63,132 nt of DNA, filler included, from Octopus bimaculoides (GCF_001194135.2; 6 parts of 5 records of this genome joined end to end with filler, not necessarily neighbours in it); one strand, 5' to 3'; counted from the whole stretch's first letter, positions 40,297-52,717 are shown. Notes: generated from the letters alone by a model not told the origin. A program made the numbers and translations.

Positions 40297-40449
40297 GTCT
40301 TTGGCAATATGGCTCTTTATATCCAAGTAAGCATCCATGTTCACATTTACTAAGGATCCGGAAGTGACAGTCACTAAGGTGTTTACAGTGACATTGGTAT
40401 TTTTGGTCTTTTCCAAACAAGTCAACTCCTTTATAGCTTTCACAATTCT
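40297..40449 (-). CDS. Internal exon of a Cys-rich EGF/laminin-EGF-like extracellular protein
   Basis: Acceptor tctttctaaag, donor GTAAGT, 153 nt, phase 1-1: ENCESYKGVDLFGKDQKYQCHCKHLSDCHFRILSKCEHGCLLGYKEPYCQR. It fits the molluscan xFG..C.Y.CHC...C...GC..G...CQ pattern. Confidence 0.7.
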
Positions 40450-40910
40450 CTTTAGAAAGATAAAACACCAACAATATCACAAGATTTCTTTCAACAATTC
40501 ATAAAATTTATTTCGTTAATATTAATGAATATGCAAACGTCTTTAGATTAACATAGGGTGAAAATTCATACCATAGAAAGATCAATCTCAATAATGAGAA
40601 ATAAGTCAATCTACGTATTACTATTAGATTCAATTTGCATACAGTTTACTTCTACGATGCTCTTCTGCCTACTTTTAATATTAATTTATTATATATCGCA
40701 AAATTTTGGTCCTAGACATAGAAAGGATATGACAATTAGGGATTAAGAACTTCATATTCTGAGGTTTTAAGTTTCCTTAATATATAATGATGCATTTTTA
40801 ATGCTCTTGTTATTTAGCCATCACTCAGCAGTGTTTCAACTCTCATGATGTTTTGTTTTGTGTGAGGAGATGGCAAATATCAGAAGTATTCCAGTTGATG
40901 CTTAGCAAAT

Positions 40911-41296
40911 GTTGTTGGCACTCCGTTGCTTACGACGTCGAGGGTTCCAGTTGATCCGATCAACGGAACAGCCTGCTCGTGAAATTAACGTGCAAGTGGC
41001 TGAGCGCTCCACAGACACGTGTACCCTTAACGTAGTTCTCGGGGATATTCAGCGTGACACAGAGTGTGACAAGGCTGACCCTTTGAATTACAGGTACAAC
41101 AGAAACAGGAAGTAAAAGTGAGAGTAAGTTGTGGTGAAAGAGTACAGCAGTTTTCACCACCATCCCCTGCCGGAGCCTCGTGGAGCTTCAGGTGTTTTCG
41201 CTCAATAAACACTCACAACGCTCGGTCTGGGAATCGAAACCGCGATCCTATGACCGCGTGTCCGCTGCCCTAACCACTGGGCCATTGCGCCTCCAC
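40911..41296 (-). mobile_element. SINE family C, full length, in the intron between the two Cys-rich exons
   Basis: Reverse complement of 25918-26297 with high similarity. Confidence 0.92.
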
Positions 41297-41516
41297 CAGT
41301 GTGTATATATATATACAAATACACGTAATTATACATAACAAACGTAATTATATATAACAGCACGCTCAGCAAAAACACAGAATACCACACAATATCACAT
41401 TCTATCGAAGGATTACTAAACAGTTAAAGGATGATGGATGATACAAAATATGAGAATAAGAGCTGCATTATGTTATATTAATTGATATTGAATACGATTA
41501 AAACTTCTAAACTTAC

Positions 41517-41603
41517 CATGAATTCTGAAACAGCTACTTTTACAGAACTGTTCTCCCCTCTTATCGTCTGCGACGCAATCACCTTTAGTGATATTGCACT
41601 GGG
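41517..41603 (-). CDS. Upstream internal Cys-rich exon of the same - strand gene
   Basis: Acceptor ctttttctttttatattaaag, donor GTAAGT, 87 nt, phase 1-1: QCNITKGDCVADDKRGEQFCKSSCFRIH. It splices in frame to 40449 (CAT G|AG AAT = H-E-N). Confidence 0.65.
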
Positions 41604-42374
41604 CTTTAATATAAAAAGAAAAAGAGGTTTGTCTTTAAGAAGACATAAAGTGTGACATTCAAAGAATCTAGCAGAATAAAAAGAAATGATAGTTATATTT
41701 TATTCGGAGATATAAATGTCTTTTCTTGAAACATATTTTACTAAGAATGAAAACCAGACGTAAACTTTTCAACAAAATCACCGAACGAAATCTTACTGCC
41801 GTGATCATAACTAATGTTATAATATCATAATCCTATAAAGTCTACAAAATTTATGCAATAGAATACAGTACATAGTTGTTTTCTTGAGATTTAGAACCGG
41901 AGAAAAGAAGCAAGAAAGATAGGATTTGGTAGCGATGAGTTAAATGTTGTTAGAGTAGTTTTTGTTAGACATCGTAAAGATATTCACAGACGTGCCGGGC
42001 TTCATTCATTCTTCAGCATACGTCGTACGTGAAATATTTGGATAAATTTAGGGATATGACACCAACTAGGACGATGCATGCGCATAGCTTGTCTATAATA
42101 TATACTGATCTCTATTTAGTTCTGGCAGAAAAATGAATATCCAAATTCATCGATTTAGTTTAAACCAGGTATAAGAAAACTTTCTAGAGAAGCGGGCCGT
42201 ATGATATAGGGATCATCATCAGTCGAGTCGCACTACTAAAAGGTAAGTAATTTCTTGTTGGACGTGCCTTTCCGAAAGTCCCGCGGGCATTAGTTTGGCC
42301 ATAACTGTTTTATTCCAATACAGATCTAGCGTATTGGAAGTAAATTTCGATAAAGCTTTGATCACACGAAATGC

Positions 42375-42440
42375 TCCCTAAAGCCTCCAACCTTTGCAGT
42401 AATGGCTCAAGAGCCAACACATATAAAAGCGGAGTCAGTA
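42375..42440 (-). mobile_element. Short Tx1/L1 RT remnant
   Basis: LTPLLYVLALEPLLQRLEAL corresponds to the (GCP)LSPLLYVLALEPLL motif. Confidence 0.6.
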
Positions 42441-43626
42441 TGCGAGTCATCGATGATGTTTCCATTACCGAAGTTGCTATTAATTCAAAATCTAATTTTG
42501 TTCCACTTGTACTACACCATTGTACTACCCCAAAAGCACACCAGCAAATAGACTGCGACAGTATATGTGTATGTGGGGAATTTCAACCATGTTTCGTGGT
42601 CTGCTACCACAACAGCTCCTTTATAGGATCCAGTTAGCTCAAGGCATCATCAGGAGGAACCACGTCCGGTTTCGGCCCCTACTCCTCTACCGTTTTGACG
42701 TGGCGGGGCCCCCACTTTCAGAGGTGTCTTCAGCTTTGGTGTTGGGTGCATGTCTTCTTTCTTCTATTCCCTGGCCTCTTCGATGCAGCATCAACGAGTG
42801 TCAGCGTCCGACTGACTGACTGTCTTGTCAAATTCCCCTTTTTATACCTGCTGCTAGGCCCCAGCAGGCTACCCCAGCAAGTTGTCACATGACACTGTAT
42901 GGATGAATGTGTGTGAGAGTGTGTGATGTATGTGTAAGCTACGATATGTGTAGGAGCTGATGGTGTCATCTCTTCGGTGCGCATATGCATGTGTGGTAGA
43001 GGATGTGTACGCTAGAGTGTGGGGTTTTATCAGCCATGTGTGAGTACCTGCGTGCAAGTAACGAAGAATTGGGAAGAGAATTACTATAGGGAAATGTTTC
43101 TCGACCAATTCGAGGAATTTGAATATTTAATTTCAATCAATAAATTTACGCCTATGTTTGCACTACTTTCTGTACAACTCTGTATGTGTGCGTGAGTGTA
43201 TGTGTGTGTGTGCGCACGTATGTATGTGTGAGTGTGCATGAGTGTGTGTATAGTGGTGAATCATATGACATGGAGACATCTATATGTTACATTTATGTGT
43301 ATGAAGCGTTAGAATTGTATATATATGTAGGAGTGGCTGTGTGGTACGTAGCTTGCTTACCAACCACATGNNNNNNNNNNNNNNNNNNNNNNNNNNNNNN
43401 NNNNNNNNNNNNNNNNNNNNNNNNNNNNNNNNNNNNNNNNNNNNNNNNNNNNNNNNNNNNNNNNNNNNNNAGGAAATAATAGTTATACCCAAAGATAAGA
43501 GTTGTCTTACACAATGTAATTAATAGTATGATTGCGTGTATTAATATAGTTTCATTAATATCACTTCTTTCTTTACATCGCAATTCTTGTGAAATAGTTT
43601 GGTCGGTCGACAGCTGCCCCAAAGTG

Positions 43627-44323
43627 TGTATCTCATCGGGTGATAAATAAATGCAACTCGTTAAAATAACTTTACTGCAATATAACTTCCTGTTTTGTAG
43701 AAAGAAAAGCAGCCAGACGGAGGAAATATCTTCATTTATANNNNNNNNNNCGGAGGAAATATCTTCATTTATATAAAAGATCAAAAATAAAATCACAGAT
43801 AGCAAAAAGAGAAACAAACACGCAATCCAGCGAGAAAAGTATTAACAATAACCGTTAACAAATATGGATGTATAATGCCCAATGCAGTGGAAATGAAATT
43901 TGACTAACTGTTAACATAATTTAATTTACTTTAAGGTATGGATGACTTAAATTTACTTATAACCGCCCCATTCTTACAAACACAAAGTAGATAGCTAACT
44001 CACTTTGTGAACATGAGTGCACCAAATCTCACGTTGCGTATGCTCACATTTTTNNNNNNNNNNNNNNNNNNNNNTGTACTCGCGCCATGCAGCTTGCCCG
44101 AGGGCGTTTATACATCCATATTTGCTAACGGTTATTTTTTATAATTTTCTTGCTGCATTGCGTATTCGTTTCTCTTTTTGCCTTCTGTGATTTTATTTTT
44201 GATCTCCTATATAAATGAAGATATTTCTTCCGTCTGGCTGCTTTTCTTTCTACAAGACGGGAAGTTACATAGCGGAAAAGTTACTTTAACGAGTTGTATC
44301 TATTTATCACCCGACGAGATACA
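43627..44323. repeat. Long imperfect inverted repeat (arms ~43627-43880 and 44102-44323); probable foldback/long-TIR element
   Basis: tgtatctcatcgggtgataaata...agccagacggaggaaatatcttcatttata...aataaccgttaacaaatatggatgtata is mirrored on the opposite strand with scattered substitutions. Confidence 0.8.
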
Positions 44324-44551
44324 TCTGCACCACCAGATGCTCCGGAGTCAGTTGTTTAGTGTCCCACCTATGGGGAATCGATGCTAGATGTGTTGGAACA
44401 ATTGTCGTGATTAACAATAAATTCTCGTATATTCCATCTTCCGTCTNNNNNNNNNNNNNNNNNNNNNNNNNNNNNNNNNNNNNNNNNNNNNNNNNNNNNN
44501 NNNNNNNNNNNNNNNNNNNNNNNNNNNNNNNNNNNNNNNNNNNNNNNNNNN

Positions 44552-44588
<37 letters not shown>

Positions 44589-44788
44589 CAGAAAATTAAT
44601 ATAGACAACCATGTGCAATGTGTTACCAAAAAGCAAAATTATGACTGTCATTAAATATGAAAGCTCTTCATTTTCGATTACGTTAGTGTATATAAATGCA
44701 CATACATACTCACTGATGCATGAAAAACATACATAAATGAAAGCATACATGCACATATACATATAAATGTGTACATAAATCTGAATGT

Positions 44789-45105
44789 ATGGCTGTGTGG
44801 TAAGAAGTTTGCTTCCCAACCACATGGTTCCGTGTTCAGNNNNNNNNNNGCTGTGTGGTAAGAAGTTTGCTTCCCAACCACATGGTTCCGTGTTCAGTCT
44901 CACTGCGTGGCACATTGAACTACTGTCTTTAGTATAGTATCGGGCCGACCAAAGCATTGTGAGTGGATTTGAAAACGGAAACTGATAGAAGCCCGTCGTA
45001 TGTATATGTATANNNNNNNNNNTGGATTTGAAAACGGAAACTGATAGAAGCCCGTCGTATGTATATGTATATGTATATGTGTGTGTGTGCGTGTTTGTGC
45101 TTGTT
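44789..45105 (+). mobile_element. SINE family A, 5' part (with contig-overlap artefacts)
   Basis: ggctgtgtggtaagaagtttgcttcccaaccacatggttccgtgttcagtctcactgcgtggcac... Another head lies at 43328-43370. Confidence 0.85.
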
Positions 45106-45620
45106 CCTCCCTCTTTTAACTTCTTGCATACTTCCAGCCCACAGCAACATCATATCTCCTCCNNNNNNNNNNGCCCACAGCAACATCATATCTCCTCCAC
45201 TATTTAACTATTACGTGTCAAAAGTGAAATAAAAACACTCATATCATTCGAACCGGAATCTCAAAAACATTGTCACCTTACATCTCATTCTCANNNNNNN
45301 NNNACATCTCATTCTCATTTAAGTACCACGACAGGCAAATAAAAATTACATGTAATATATAAATTTGCAATGGATTACTAAATCTTGTGCCTCCCCTAAG
45401 TATAACTGTTATTATCCCCTAGGAACTGTTATTATTCTACATAAATCAGTGTCTGGATCTTGTTCAAAATGGGGGTACCAGTATTTTCTTAACGAAACAC
45501 TTTGAAACTTGGGACACTGGNNNNNNNNNNNNNNNNNNNNNNNNNNNNNNNNNNNNNNNNNNNNTTAATTAATTAANNNNNNNNNNNNNNNNNNNNNNNN
45601 NNNNNNNNNNNNNNNNNNNN

Positions 45621-45912
45621 ATGACCTGATTGGATGCGATGTTCGATATCCTTACCAGATCCAGCAGTTTGATGGCAGAAAACTTCCAAGATAGCAGAAA
45701 TCCTCAACAACCTCAATTGATTGGTTGTCGATGGTGATGTTGGGGCCGTCAAGGCTGGTACGAGGAGCTGGTTGAGCGAGCACTTTGGTTTTGGCGATGT
45801 TCACTTTCAGGCCGAAGGTCTGATAAGCTCTGCTGAAGTTGTTCATTGAGGTTTGGAGGTCCTCTGCACTTGAAGCTGGGGCTGCGTTATCATCGGCGTA
45901 TTGAAGCTCACT
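45621..45912 (-). mobile_element. RTE-clade RT fragment (YADD region)
   Basis: SELQYADDNAAPASSAEDLQTSMNNFSRAYQTFGLKVNIAKTKVL...IEVVEDFCYLGS. Confidence 0.95.
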
Positions 45913-46660
45913 CACTTGAAGAACAAGGTTCCGGATATATGATCTTATGGAAAGGAAAGGAGCCTGGCCAACCTCATATGCACGGTGTGGGTTTTGTAAT
46001 CAAGACAAAACTTGTAAAACCTTCAATTTGACTCCGTCCTGCATCACGGAGAGAATCATGTCCATCCGAATTCCCCTCTCAACATCTTCCTTCATCACCA
46101 TCTTTTCCATCTATGCTCCAACATTGGATGCTGAGGACAATATAAAGGAAGAGTTCTACCATCAACTCGACCAACAACTCACAGCTGTCCCCAGTTCAGA
46201 TAAAATCCTTCTACTGGGTGACTTCAATGCAAATGTTGGCAAAGACCATCAACTTTGGGAGAAGGTTGTCGGGGAAAGACAGAGTCGGGAACTCCAATGC
46301 AAATGGACATCTTCTTCTTGGACTGTGCTCTGAACACCGACTTGCTGTGACAAACACCTTCTTCAGGCAACGGAACTGCTTCAAGACCACATGGCAACAT
46401 CCCAGATCCAAGCATTGGCACCTCCTAGACTATGCCATCACAAGACAATGTGATCTCAAAGATGTTCTGATCACTCGTTCTTTGCTGTCTGCTGACGACT
46501 GTTGGATCGACCACCATCTGGTTGTCACACGGATAAGATGGACTCTGATGAAGAAGACATTCCCCACAAGATCAAATCCACCTTCCCGGAGGAAGTACGA
46601 CACCACTGCCCTCCGAAACCCCCAGAAGGTCCGTCTTTTTCAAGGTGCCTTTACACAGAG
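45910..46660 (+). mobile_element. RTE-clade APE endonuclease fragment, inverted relative to the adjacent RT
   Basis: HGVGFVIK..ERIMSIRIPL..SIYAPTL..LLLGDFNANVG..NANGHLLLGLC..VTNTFF..TTWQHPRSKHWHLLDYAITR..DHHLV. Few frameshifts. Confidence 0.95.
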
Positions 46661-46699
46661 CTGCTTGGGTGCTTTTACATGACACCATATGGGTGCTTT

Positions 46700-49000
46700 T
46701 ATGTGGCAACACCACCAGAAGGATCGGCCTTAACACTTTTTGAATATGACCAGGCACCTGGTGTCTCATTCCTTTGTCAACCCACCTGAAAAGTTCAGCT
46801 TCTTGAGGTCATTCTTCAGTACTTCATCCCATGTCTTCCTGGGTCTCCCACTCGAACATGTTCCATCTACTTTGAGAGATCAGTGCTTCTCTATGGAGCT
46901 GTCCTCATCCATCCACATCAAATGACCAAACCCAGATAGTCTTCTCTCTTGCACACAGCAACCAATTCCTCCTAAGGCCTAACTTCTCTCTCAAAACACA
47001 CTGGCACTTTGTCAGACGTGTACACTTACAATACACATCCAGCGAAGCATACTAGCCTCATTCATTCCTAACCTTAGCCCATCCTCTGCATTCAGGGCCC
47101 ATGTCTCAGTACCATGTACAATTGCTGTCCATACACATGCATCATACAATCTTCCTTTCACTTGGAGAGATAGACATTCTGTGGCCAACAGAGGTAACAG
47201 CTCTCTGAATTTCCTCCTCCATCCTATTCTTACTCTAGCTATTACACTCTCCGTGCATCCTCCCCTTCTACTAATTTGGTCTCCTAGGGTAGCAGAAGTT
47301 ATCTACTACCTCCTAACGAGCCACTGGGGCATTTGAGAGAATCAATTTCCCAAGTCTCTAAAGTTTTTATGGATCCCGTGCATCTTCCACATACGAAAAC
47401 TATCTTCTCTGATAACCTTCCAATTAACCCACTGGACCTCTTGTGGCCATAGCTTGCACCAGGTACACTTATATAGAGTTCCTGCTTACACCTTTCTTTC
47501 AAATCGAGTAAGGCCACCTAACCGAGGTGGGTAGGGTCCTGTCAGTTCTCTTGCTAAACCTTAGTTTTTGCTATGTTAATCTTAACCCATTACCTACCAG
47601 TGATAACTTAAAAATTACAAATTTCGTAATTATCTCTCAATATTTACACATATCTAACCTTTTTGCTATATCTACCAGGTATATTTCTCTGATATTGAAA
47701 TGAGGTTTGCTAATTTTTCACCCAATATCTCGCTTATTTCTATTTGAAATGTTATTTTGATCATTCCAGCGTGTTTCTAAGGCTGTTTTATGCTAGAAAT
47801 CAAAGTTTCATAAAAAAAAAAAAAAATTCCAGTTAATAGAATTATGGGAGGTAATGGGTTAAGACCCTTAGATTCTAGGTTTTGCTTCCACACCTGGAAT
47901 TTTTCATCTAACTCTGATATGGGATCCACTATGAGGGTCAGCTCATCAGAATATAGTAATTCCCAGGGGCTGCTGGTCTTGAATTCCTCTGTTATAGCCT
48001 GGAGGACAATGATGAAAAAGAGGAGACTGAGGACTGAGCCTTGATGAACCCCTACCCGTACACCAAATTCTCCACTGTACTTGTGGTTAACTCTCACCTG
48101 ACTGATAGCATCTTTGTTCACAGCCTGTACAGCTTTCACCACCCACTCATTTATCCCTAGCCTCCTCAGGGCCCACCATATCACACAGGAGGGCATTTTA
48201 GCAAATGCTAAATGTATTGGTTTATTCTGAGCTAAGTACTTCTCTTGCAGTTGCCTGACTATAAAAATAGCATCAGTAGTGCTTCTTCCCCACACAAAGC
48301 CGAACTGCATTTTATCAAGCCAAATTCTGCTCCTGATTAATTAGGCAATAGCTCTCTCTCTCTCTAGTTGTCATCACCTGGTCCAGGAGTTTGATGCCTC
48401 TATAACTGCTTCTATCTAAAGCATCACCTTTACCCTTGTAGCAGCTAACAATTATGCTTCTACACCAGTCTCTGAGCAATACACATTCTTGAATGACCCA
48501 GTTAACTATGTAGATGACCAGCCCTTAACTTACCTTACCCAATATTTTGAGCATCGCAGCAGTGATTCCAGACGGACCAGGGGTTTTCCCAGTTTTCATG
48601 TTTTTAACTGCCTTGTCTACTGTACTACTGTCCACTCAGGATAGCTGATCTCCCTGTTCGGATCACATGAGAGATACTGTCTTTATTCCATTCATTCTCT
48701 ACAATCTTGCATAGTAACTTTTCTACACTTCTCTCTCATCCACGTCGTCGAATGCAAGCCTACCATTATCCATCTGCACACACACACACTTCTCTCCTGC
48801 AATGTATCGATTCTCACTGACACACTGTCTGGCAACCCGGAACACTTCAGGTCTCTGATCTTCACACTTGCAGGACTTTGGCAAACCTCCACATTTTCTG
48901 CTTCTACCATAGTGAAATAGACATCTGACATCTAGCCTCCCTTTTAGCCATCTTATAAGATTATTTGTGCCCCCCCACCCCACCAGCTCATTCTTTTTCA
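46700..49000 (-). mobile_element. Second, older RTE-type LINE (post-EN, RT, C-terminus), 5' truncated
   Basis: KTGKTPGPSGIT, QFGFVWGRSTTDAIFIVRQLQEKY, GVHQGSVLSLLFFIIVL, WELLYSDE, GFGHLMWMDED and GRPRKTWDEV. Confidence 0.92.
47586..47858. mobile_element. piggyBac-type MITE (273 bp) with TTAA TSD, inserted in the RTE RT
   Basis: TTAA(47582-47585) CCCATTACCTACCA ... TGGGAGGTAATGGG TTAA(47859-47862). Removing it restores ESKGL-KINIAKTKV. Confidence 0.9.
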
Positions 49001-49167
49001 GGCGTGTTTTTCTCTTTTATGGATCTGACAATGTCACTGTTCGGGTATATATGTCGTCGTTTAACGTNNNNNNNNNNNNNNNNNNNNNNNNNNNNNNNNN
49101 NNNNNNNNNNNTTAATTAATTAANNNNNNNNNNNNNNNNNNNNNNNNNNNNNNNNNNNNNNNNNNNN

Positions 49168-49200
<33 letters not shown>

Positions 49201-49496
49201 GTAGTATATTGCCACTTAAGTGTGGCTGACCCCTAGGGGTGGATGTTACTGTTGCTTTTAGCCCCAGGAGGACATCTCCTCCAGCTGGCTTATCGACACA
49301 CGACTGTGTCCTGTTTGCCAAGGGAAGTTATCCCTCTCACCATTTCCCAAAGTACCATGCTGTAAGATTGAACCTAAGGCCTCATGATTGCAAAGTTAAT
49401 CATGCTCTAAACTATTTTTGATTTATTTATTTATTGTTTAGCTAAAAATAGAACTGTAAGACACCATTTTAGACATTGTTCTTTCTCATTTTTCAG

Positions 49497-49684
49497 GATT
49501 GCTGTATCAGTGGGAGAAGTTGCGTGCCCTGGCAGTGGAGCGTCAAAGCCAGTGCCGAGAACTGTGCCTACTTAATACAAGTCTCATGACAGTTTACAAC
49601 TGGCTACAAGAGTTGTCGACCCTCATCAAAAAAGAACAGTTCAAAGGCTTACCTGACGCACAACAAATCATCAAAATTACACAG
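49497..49684 (+). CDS. Spectrin-repeat/KASH (nesprin-family) protein, exon n-4
   Basis: Acceptor ttctcatttttcag, donor GTCAGT, phase 1-0: LLYQWEKLRALAVERQSQCRELCLLNTSLMTVYNWLQELSTLIKKEQFKGLPDAQQIIKITQ, with spectrin helix C (W..L...RQ) and helix A (WL.E) patterns. Confidence 0.88.
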
Positions 49685-50627
49685 GTCAGTTGCTGGAATA
49701 AGCTAAAAAGAATTTTATTATCATTAATCTTGCACTAATTTTTATAAAACAATTTTTCTTTGTGAAAAAAACCATTCTTGTCATTTAAAAACACAACTGT
49801 ATTCTAGTCATTGACTCAGTTCCACTGCAATCTTGAAGTAGATCTGTGACAGTGACCAGGTCACTGACCTATAACAAAAATTTTAACATCTCAAAGAATA
49901 AATGGAAAGTAAATTTAAACAGTGTTCTGTGCTTTAAATGGCTAAAATAACTCTTCCGTGATGTAATTTCTTCTGTCTGAATACGTGGTTTCAGATCAAG
50001 TCACAGTAGACTCCTTGACTTTTATTAAGCTTTTTCAGAAATATGAGGAGAGTTATTTTGATTTAACACGAAATGCTTTTGCTAGAGGAGAAATTAGAAT
50101 TGACTGATTTGTATGTGTGCGTAAAAACAACAAATTTCTCAATATACACTCACAGAAAGTTAAGTATTTAGTGTCTGTAGCTACTTCCATACCATAGTTT
50201 CATGCACCTTGTATTGTAGCCAACAGCTACAACAAAGCAAAACAGTAATGTCTTACATTGGCTTATCAGAAAACTCATATCAGTATACTAGTCCATGCAT
50301 AGTTTATCTTGTCAGCTCCATACAATGATAATTCCAAATAGTGCAATTTATGTTTGACTGAGCAGTATCATATTATAAACCACTCAACACCAATAATGAA
50401 CAGAAAATTGGTGCTAATATTGAATTATAGTAGGCAACATGAAATTTTTGCTATCTCAATTTGGGACAACAGATAGAGAACTTGTCACATCATACACAAC
50501 ATAACTTGCCACTGCTTTGTTTTTCACTTCAACTACACCATTCCACTATGTTCAAATTTCATGAGTACTGGCACCAAACAATGGTATGAAAGTAGCTAAC
50601 AATTTGTGTGTGTGTGTGCTGCATATA

Positions 50628-50912
50628 TAGGTGCTGGTGTGGCTGTGTGGTAAGTCTCTTGTACTATAGCCTCAAGCTGACCAAAACCTTGTGAGAAAAT
50701 TTGGTAGACAGAAACTGAAAGAGGCCTATCATGTGAATGTGTGTGTATCTCCGTTTGTCCTCCACTACCACCTGACAACAATGTAACTTAGCAGTAAGAC
50801 AAAAGTATCAGGGTTCAAAAAATAGAATAAGTCCTGGAGTCGATTTATGTAACTAAAATTCTTCAAGGTTGTGTCCCAGCATGGCTGCTATCTAATGACT
50901 GAAATAAATAAA
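50628..50912 (+). mobile_element. SINE family A, diverged, intronic
   Basis: ggctgtgtggtaag...actatagcctc...ttggtagacagaaactgaaaga...cccagcatggctgc...tgactgaaa. Confidence 0.8.
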
Positions 50913-51440
50913 CGATATATTTATACTTTCTACTGTGTGTCTTAATTTCAAGTTATGGAGTTTTCCCTTTGAGTACATATTTCAATGGACATCTGTGATG
51001 TTTGCCACTATAACCTTGTCATTCACAACCTGGTTGGTGAAAGCCTGAAAGAGGACTAATTTTCTTTTTAGCCTCAGGCATTTTCACGTGTTTCACCTAA
51101 AGAGCAAGCTACTTTCTCAGTTTTTCAATATTTAATGACTTTAATCTCATCATGCTGGATTGATTAGCACAGCTATTCTAGATAATCCCTCACTGCTTCA
51201 TTCAACCTATATTGTTTCAATGTTACTTATACTGCTGCTATTACTACTAATAATAGTAAACAGTATTCATTTGTTTTATTTTTATGATTAATTCACTCAT
51301 TATCAGAAGCATTATTGACTTTTTGTCTGTTGTTTTTGTTTTTAAATTTTACTTTTTATCTGTCTTTTCAAAAAAGGAAAAACCTTCTATTTTTCTGAAA
51401 CAATCACAGTAAATAGCTAATGTCTGTTTTATTCTTACAG

Positions 51441-51595
51441 GAAAAGCAAGCCTTATTTGAAGAAAAAATGTCTAAACTGAATGAATTAAAGGAATCAGTG
51501 CTCTCCTTTAAAGAGCAGCACCCAACCATAAGTGTTGAAGGTTTCCTCATGAAGATAGGGAAATGCATTACTGAGTTAAATTCTCTAAGAGATAA
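51441..51595 (+). CDS. Spectrin-repeat/KASH protein, exon n-3
   Basis: ttttattcttacag / GTACGT, phase 0-2: EKQALFEEKMSKLNELKESVLSFKEQHPTISVEGFLMKIGKCITELNSLRD(K). Confidence 0.88.
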
Positions 51596-52539
51596 GTACG
51601 TCTTACTGCTTAATTTTATTTGACTTTAACATTTATTTTTTCTTAAATTTTGACCCTTGCATCTCTGGAAAAGTTAGTATTCTAATGATGATGGCCACTG
51701 TGATGATCATGACAATAAGAACACTATCTCTTGATGCTGTTTAGTTCTGTCAGCCCAATTCAAATAGACCTCTGATCAATGGAATTCCTACTTTGACCAT
51801 ACTGATTATATTTTCAAGTATATCTTTTCGACCATCCTGACTATATTTTCAATGTGTCGTTTTTTTCACAGGTGTGTGTAATTTGAAACCAGTGTTTATA
51901 GGAGTACATTATCTAAAGTCCTTCAGTTTTTTAGAGGTTTTTTTTTTTTTTTTTTTAAAGATGGAAGAGTACAATTTGAGAGAGGTTTGTCAGCTCAATA
52001 TTTTGTTGAGTTAGGCAACAATGGGGGTAATAGAGTGGCTGAAGTGTGAGATTGACAATCCATATTCATGATCATAAATCACATTCCAGATAATATATTT
52101 CAGTGTTTCCATTAATCAGACATCAATGTTTTACATTGCTTCTGACTGACTCACCTGAAAATTATCTAGTGCTAAGGTCAATCTGTCAGCACTGAGGCCT
52201 GTACATTAGATTTTATTATATTCTCTCCACAAAGTGGAGAGCTGGTAGAATTATTTGCATATTAAACAATATGCTAAGAAGCATTTCTTCTGGCTTTTTA
52301 TGTTCAAATTCTGCTGAGATTGTCTTCACCTTTTATCCCTTCAAGAGTTGATAAAATAAGTACCAGTTGAGCACAGAGTCAAACGCAATTGACTTCACTT
52401 TCCCATCGAAACTACTGGCCTTGACCCAAAATTAGAATTATATTTTTTCTCCTCTGAAAACCTTAATATGAAGTACTGATGCAAAATACTAATGCAATGT
52501 TTATATTAAATTAACACTAATTTCTTGTTGTATTTCTAG

Positions 52540-52717
52540 ATGTGCTACAAAACTTCCTCAGTTACAGAAGTACTTATTAGTATGGTATGAGTACAATGAG
52601 ACCAAGAAAGAACTAGACTATATGCTGAGACAGCAACGGCAGCAGTTGGATAGCATAGTCTATCATTTAGAGGTAGATTTACCAAAACATCAACCCAATG
52701 TGCAAAATGATTTAAGA
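52540..52717 (+). CDS. Spectrin-repeat/KASH protein, exon n-2
   Basis: ttgtatttctag / GTGAGT, phase 2-0: CATKLPQLQKYLLVWYEYNETKKELDYMLRQQRQQLDSIVYHLEVDLPKHQPNVQNDLR. The ORF track does not show it; it was found by manual reading. Confidence 0.88.

Noticed and set aside
42560-42740. Two CTGA(A/T)GA...hairpin-GAAAC arrangements on the - strand, downstream of a TATA-like element
   Set aside because: The core boxes are not adjacent to the stem II hairpins, there is no GUH with a pairing stem I, and an LTR or pLTR identity could not be established.
43718-45320. Short direct duplications either side of 10-N gaps (e.g. 43741, 44840, 45013, 45163, 45294)
   Set aside because: These are overlapping contig ends left unmerged, not tandem repeats or TSDs.
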